Under the pieces are notes generated by a model. The model saw only the letters and a program-made list of their open reading frames with translations, was not told the DNA's origin and made no database searches. Of a stretch of DNA of 40,035 bases, positions 35,045 to 40,035 are shown piece after piece; the stretch's first letter is position 1, and each line of letters starts with the position of its first letter. The DNA is taken from NCBI RefSeq assembly GCF_001194135.2, contig NC_068981.1, positions 12,839,299-12,879,333 on the forward strand, in the 5' to 3' direction. The stretch comes from Octopus bimaculoides. Its lineage: Eukaryota. Position numbers and translations under genes: made by a program.

Positions 35045-35886
35045 GGGTTAGATTAGTTGTCGCATGGGCTTCAAGATTGGTGTGGGCTTCATGATAGGTG
35101 TAGTAAATTTTATAAATTTAAATTCGTCCAGAATATCATCTTCGAGGTTGAGAAGTGAGCAGGAGCATTGTCGATGATGAGGAGGCCCCTGATTGGAAGA
35201 TTCTTCTCCAGAAGTTACTTTTTCACTGCTGGCCAGAAGACAAGGTTGACCCACTAGGAGAAGAATTGCCTGGTAACCCAGGCTTTAACGCTTGCCTCAG
35301 GATTTTATTTGACTTGAGCGCACGTCAGTTTTCGGAATAGTAGAAAAGAAGCTGCTTAGTCTTCACGTCTCCACTCGCATTTGTACAAAGAGCGAGAGTT
35401 AGTCGACGTTTCATAGGCTTGTGACCAGGCATTTTTTTCTTCTGCAGTTGGGTAGGTTTTTCTGGAATTTCTTTTCAAAAATGGACAGTTTCATCATTGT
35501 TGAATACCTTATGCAGGAAATATTCAGCTGCCTTCAATTCTATCGTAATCAGCTTTTTCTTCTTTTCAGCACTGTCCTTTGCACTGACTTTCGTAGGACC
35601 CATGACTAACACAACAAACTATTATAAAATAATAGGAAAAGATGCACAAAACTAACCGACAACACTGGGTAAAACACAACAGAGCTCCTGCTACAACGAG
35701 ATTTACACGCGAACCGCGCGAACGGAGACTGCTCTAGTTTAGAGAGGGTGTGAGAGCAGTCGCTTGTATGAAACTCGCTCGTACTGCGGATTTCGGCTCG
35801 TACTTCAAGACCAAAATTGGTACGAGCCTTGGGTCGTACAGTAAATTACTCGTACAATGGTGCAATCATACTGCGAGGTTCTACTA
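35045..35886 (-). mobile_element. Tigger/pogo (TIGD-like) DNA transposon relic, internally deleted
   Basis: MGPTKVSAKDSAEKKKKLITIELK is fused to VFNNDET...KKMPGHKPMKRRLTLALCTNASGD...NLEDDILDEFKFIK..TPILKPM. TIR-like AGTAGAACCTCG at about 35874-35885. Confidence 0.88.
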
Positions 35887-35991
35887 AAAGCAACAGTAAC
35901 ATCCACCCCTAGGGGTCAGCCACACTTAAGTGGCAATATACTACACTTTATCGTGCAGTTACTGTTAATACTTCATTTAGAGAATTAACAT

Positions 35992-36033
<42 letters not shown>

Positions 36034-36077
36034 GTGTGTGTGTGCGTGCGCGTATGCATGTATGTATTATGTATGTA

Positions 36078-36185
36078 CGTAGGCAGTTAGGTAGGTATGT
36101 AGGTAGGTTGGGGTATGGGTAGGTAGTTAGGTAGGTACGTGGCTAGGGAGATAGGTAGGCTAGGGGTAGGGAGGTAAATAGGTTG
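36078..36185. repeat. Degenerate (GGTA)n G-rich simple repeat
   Basis: Imperfect TAGG units following TA/TG runs. Confidence 0.8.
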
Positions 36186-38310
36186 GTATACATACATATA
36201 GAGGGAGAGAAAGTAAATGAAATATAGATAGTTTCCATTAATTTCTATATACGACTTTTATATTCGTGTTTCCGTTAGTCTTAACAGGACGCATCAGTTG
36301 GTTTCATTTTTATCAAACAAATGCGCGCTCCTTCTCAGGTTACGCAGGTTAAAGCATTTCAGTCGCACCTAGTAAGCCATACATTTTAATTTCTCAATGT
36401 ATGAATCAAACTAATGTTACGTGCGATAGTTTATTGAAGCATTTCAGCTTAACATTTATTTGTGGTTAACGGGAAGGCGAAAAATGCAGAAAAAATCGAA
36501 AGAAACATATAACATCATCTGATTGTATATGATCAGAGTTGTTTTTAATCCGATGTTGTCTTGTCGTTTATTAAACTGCAGTTATAAATATTTGTGTCAG
36601 ATATGGCAGATGGAAATATGTATCAGATCAAGGATATTAAACATGAAACAATACGCAATATTGATTTCTACTGTTAAACAAGTAAATTGGCAAACAGAAG
36701 TGCAAAAGTGAGTGGCTGAGACAGATAGAGGGAGGGGGAGAGTGATAAAGGGAGAGAGAGAGAGTGATGATGACTGAGAAAGCGACCACGCAGATTTGAT
36801 AAATGAGAATTCAAATTCTGAAGAACGAGAATCATTAGTGTCGGAGCAAGTTTACATAAAAGCTTGTACTTTTGAAAATGCGTAATACTATTTATTAACC
36901 AAAAAATCTATTAAAACACAAAAAGAAAACTAGGAAAACTAAATGTTGAATACTGCATGATATCTAGCTGTTAATTAGTTTTTTTTTGTTTTATTGTTTG
37001 GAAGGGAAAACTGTTTCTTATAACACTGGGAGGTGATGCAAACTAGCAAGTGCTCAAAACAGAGAGGTGCATACTAAATACATACAAAACCAAACGATTA
37101 ACTTCACGAATAGGAACAGTCATGGCGATTGCTCTCCACGCTACAGCCCTCTAACGATTGAGAATCATAACTTTGTAGTTGAACTGCAATTGTGTGTGAA
37201 AATACACACAATTATCTGCGGTGGATAAAACCTGAAGTGTAGCAGATAACTATGTTCCTGTTATGTTTCTCGCAGATGAAATAGTTTCAATAATAGGCAC
37301 GTGAGTTCAAATCCTAACGAGGACGGTTTTTGCCTTTCGGTGTTTTAGAGACGAAATCACTTTTTGTCTCTCAAGATATTTATCTTTACATACATACGTG
37401 GTATATGCGTAGAAAACTTTGCTCCTTATTTTGCATGATATTTTGTGGTGGAAAACGGTAAGCAAAGAAAGTGGCTTTGAAGCCGCTGTCAGTGAAAAAG
37501 ACAATCTCTTTAGTAGTACAAGTTATACAATAAAAGCGTTGCTGACAACACTTCCATACGCTATAAAAAACGTGCTACGTATTCAAATATGCTGTATTCA
37601 TAATATACTTTCTTTAGGGGCCAACATGTTTGTTATTTAGTCGAAAGCACTGATACAAATACCTTCAAACCCACATGAAGACCTCATATTAAAGGAATTA
37701 TAGGAGAATAAAATCTCGCCTTTGTTTGCAAAAGACGTACAATTGATCTCTATCGTCAAAGAGGAAGCGATGTTTCTTAATAAAACATTTCCTTTCGTGA
37801 TAAAACAATGAAAGTGAAAATTATTTTATTTTCTACATTAAAACATTTTAGTGATAAAATCAAGGGACAGTTTTATACCAATGACATAATATGAAATTTG
37901 TTCCTAATATTTTTGTGTATCCCTAGTTGCATTCTCCAATGTTCCCGTTGTTTTGAAATGTGATCTAAATGGATTTGCTGACTAAATAAGTCATGCGGAC
38001 AGGTAAAACCTTCACTTTCTCATAGTTACTTACTCAATATTCCACATTTCTACATTTACGACATAAATTATCCTGAAGATGAAATCATCGTAATTGTAGT
38101 TGAATAATTAACCTTTATAACAAGAAAAGCTATTTCCTTGATATCTAGGATTCTAAGGAAATTTTAAATGTCAATATCTACGAAATAAGAAGATGTAGAT
38201 TAGAGAGATGTTATGCGATAAATAAGAACAGCTAGAATTAGCAGCAACACGTTCAACACACCATATAATTCCGTTATATACCACTGCCCAAAGATTTATG
38301 ACAGACTAAC

Positions 38311-39850
38311 TGTAGACAAGAACTTCGCTGCGGGCTAGTTAGGGATCTGGTCTGCGTCGACGCTGACTTCCGGTTAAACGGGCTTTCTACTAAGGATGAG
38401 TTGACTAGAGGCTATCGCCCTCATGTATTTAAGTGAATAAATCTTTCACCAACACATTCTGGTTCCCCACAGAAGAACGACAGCTATCACAATTCTGGTC
38501 GAAGAGGGATGAGCTATGGTTCACGCAGGCCGTGAGCCCTATCTAACGTACGCAAAATAACTTCAGACCTAACGAAATATTCGTACGTAGTAGCAGCACT
38601 AGATGAAGGCACGGCAACGAGGGTGCTACACATTGTAACCCAACCCCGAGCAACCCAAAAATACACCACGTTAAAAGTCAGCCTGGTTGATACATTCCAG
38701 CGGAGCCACTGAGTAGCGGCAGCCAAAATCCTGGAGGAAGGATTAAGTGATTCCAATCCTTCGGAGTTGATTGACAAGATATACGCATTAGTTTCCCCGG
38801 TGAGTCAACTTCCATTTTTGTTTAGGAAAATATTCCGCCGTAAGTTACCACCTCAGGTCCAGGCCCTCATAACTCAGACCGAGATTAAGATCATACGGTA
38901 GTTAGCGACGGAAGCGGACAAACTTTTTTTTTATCCAGTGGTGTATGCAGGGGTTTTGATTTCATATTTGCATACTTAGATGATATCTTTTTTCGCACGC
39001 CAAAGTACGGAACTACACAAGAAGCACTTAGCGACTCTTTTTGATAACCTGGAACAGTATGGCCTAGTAATCAATCCTGTCAAGTGTGTGCTTGGTGTTA
39101 CACAAATCGTCTTTCGGTGACATCGAATTACAGGTGCTGGTGCTATACCTCAGCCAGAAAAAGTGAAAGCTATCTTATCCTTTCCACACACCCCCACCAC
39201 CACAAGCAAGGTCCTACTCCAATATCTGGGCATGGTAAACTTTTACCGTCGCATCACACCTTCTGCAGCATGAGTGATAAGACCCCTATACAAGGCACAG
39301 TCAAAAGGTGGTTCAAGAAAACAGGTGGAACGGGATGGTGCAATGGCATTAGCTTTTAAATACTCAAAACAAGCCCTGGATAAAGTAACCATGCTGTTCC
39401 AACCTCATACGTATGCACATACTGCACTCAAATCGATGCCTCCGACACAACCATTAGGGGCATTTTGAAGCAACGCACCTATGGTCAGTGGCCAACACTT
39501 GCCTTCTTCAGTCGACAACTAAGACCTCCTGAACAGAGACACAGTACTTTGGACTGGGAACTGCTGGTTGTCCATCTAGGTTTGCGTCACTTAGGCTAAT
39601 TTCTAAAAGGCTTCAAATGTTCAGTGTTCGCAAACCACAAAATACTCACCTTTTCTATGGGCAAGATCTTGGAACTATGTTCTGCATGTCAGCAACTACA
39701 GCTATCGGCCGTTTCTGAGTACAATGCGGACATCCAACAAATAGCTGGAAAAGGCAACCCAATCAGCGACGCGTCTCTCGTGCTCTCAAACCTACCTAGC
39801 CCCCAATAACGGAAGGCCTGGACTCTGAGGTTCTGGCTGAAGCCCAAAGG
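38311..39850 (+). mobile_element. Ty3/Gypsy LTR retrotransposon relic (5' LTR, PBS, gag, partial RT, RNase H)
   Basis: TG...CA LTR-like segment at 38311-38455 with AATAAA. PBS-like TGGTTCCCCACA at 38460. Gag LWFTQA...ITSDLTKYSYVVAALDE, RT FAYLDDI...LVINPVKCVLG and RNase H IDASDTTI...LAFFSRQLRPPEQRHST...ELLVV. Protease, RT N-terminus and integrase are missing. Confidence 0.9.
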
Positions 39851-39990
39851 GCAGATGCCGAGATGAGATCAGGAAGAGAGAGCAAACGAAAGGAGGGGAG
39901 AGAGAACAGTACAGTGTAGAGTCGCATCAACATTATTAAGATAAACTTAATTGGAACTGCATGCGTAGCGTTCAATCATATACTAATATA

Positions 39991-39995
<5 letters not shown>

Positions 39996-40035
<40 letters not shown>
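39996..40035. repeat. (TA)n microsatellite
   Basis: Perfect TA run at the window end. Confidence 0.95.

Noticed and set aside
36078-36185. Possible telomeric repeat or G-quadruplex
   Set aside because: Units are degenerate GGTA rather than TTAGGG, and the G3 runs are separated by long loops.

Overview
AT-rich, microsatellite-dense eukaryotic scaffold DNA with ten N-gaps (about 3.7 kb). The repeat families and simple-repeat load resemble an octopod cephalopod (Octopus-like); this is inferred from recalled repeat consensus motifs, not from a search. No intact protein-coding gene could be identified with confidence. The window is dominated by decayed mobile elements: three Penelope-like (RT/GIY-YIG) fragments, a HERO-like RLE non-LTR relic, a Gypsy relic with 5' LTR and PBS, a Helitron relic with 23-aa STPR-like repeats, three mariner relics, a Tigger/pogo relic, an internally deleted piggyBac and several tRNA-derived SINEs. 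Five observations stand out. (1) A tRNA-headed SINE family carries an internal (AAT)n tract and a Penelope-type minimal hammerhead ribozyme; one copy (7932-7977, minus) has an intact core and two degenerate copies form a head-to-head fold-back at 16330-17000. (2) A 208-bp TIR element with a 9-bp TSD has apparently captured a Tc1 transposase fragment (Pack-MULE-like). (3) A piggyBac derivative keeps a splice acceptor and polyA signals (exon-trap layout). (4) A tRNA-like unit abuts a 5'-truncated HERO element. (5) A double-CRE candidate promoter lies upstream of a small signal-peptide-like ORF. All coordinates were read by eye and element boundaries are approximate unless a TSD or TIR is cited.
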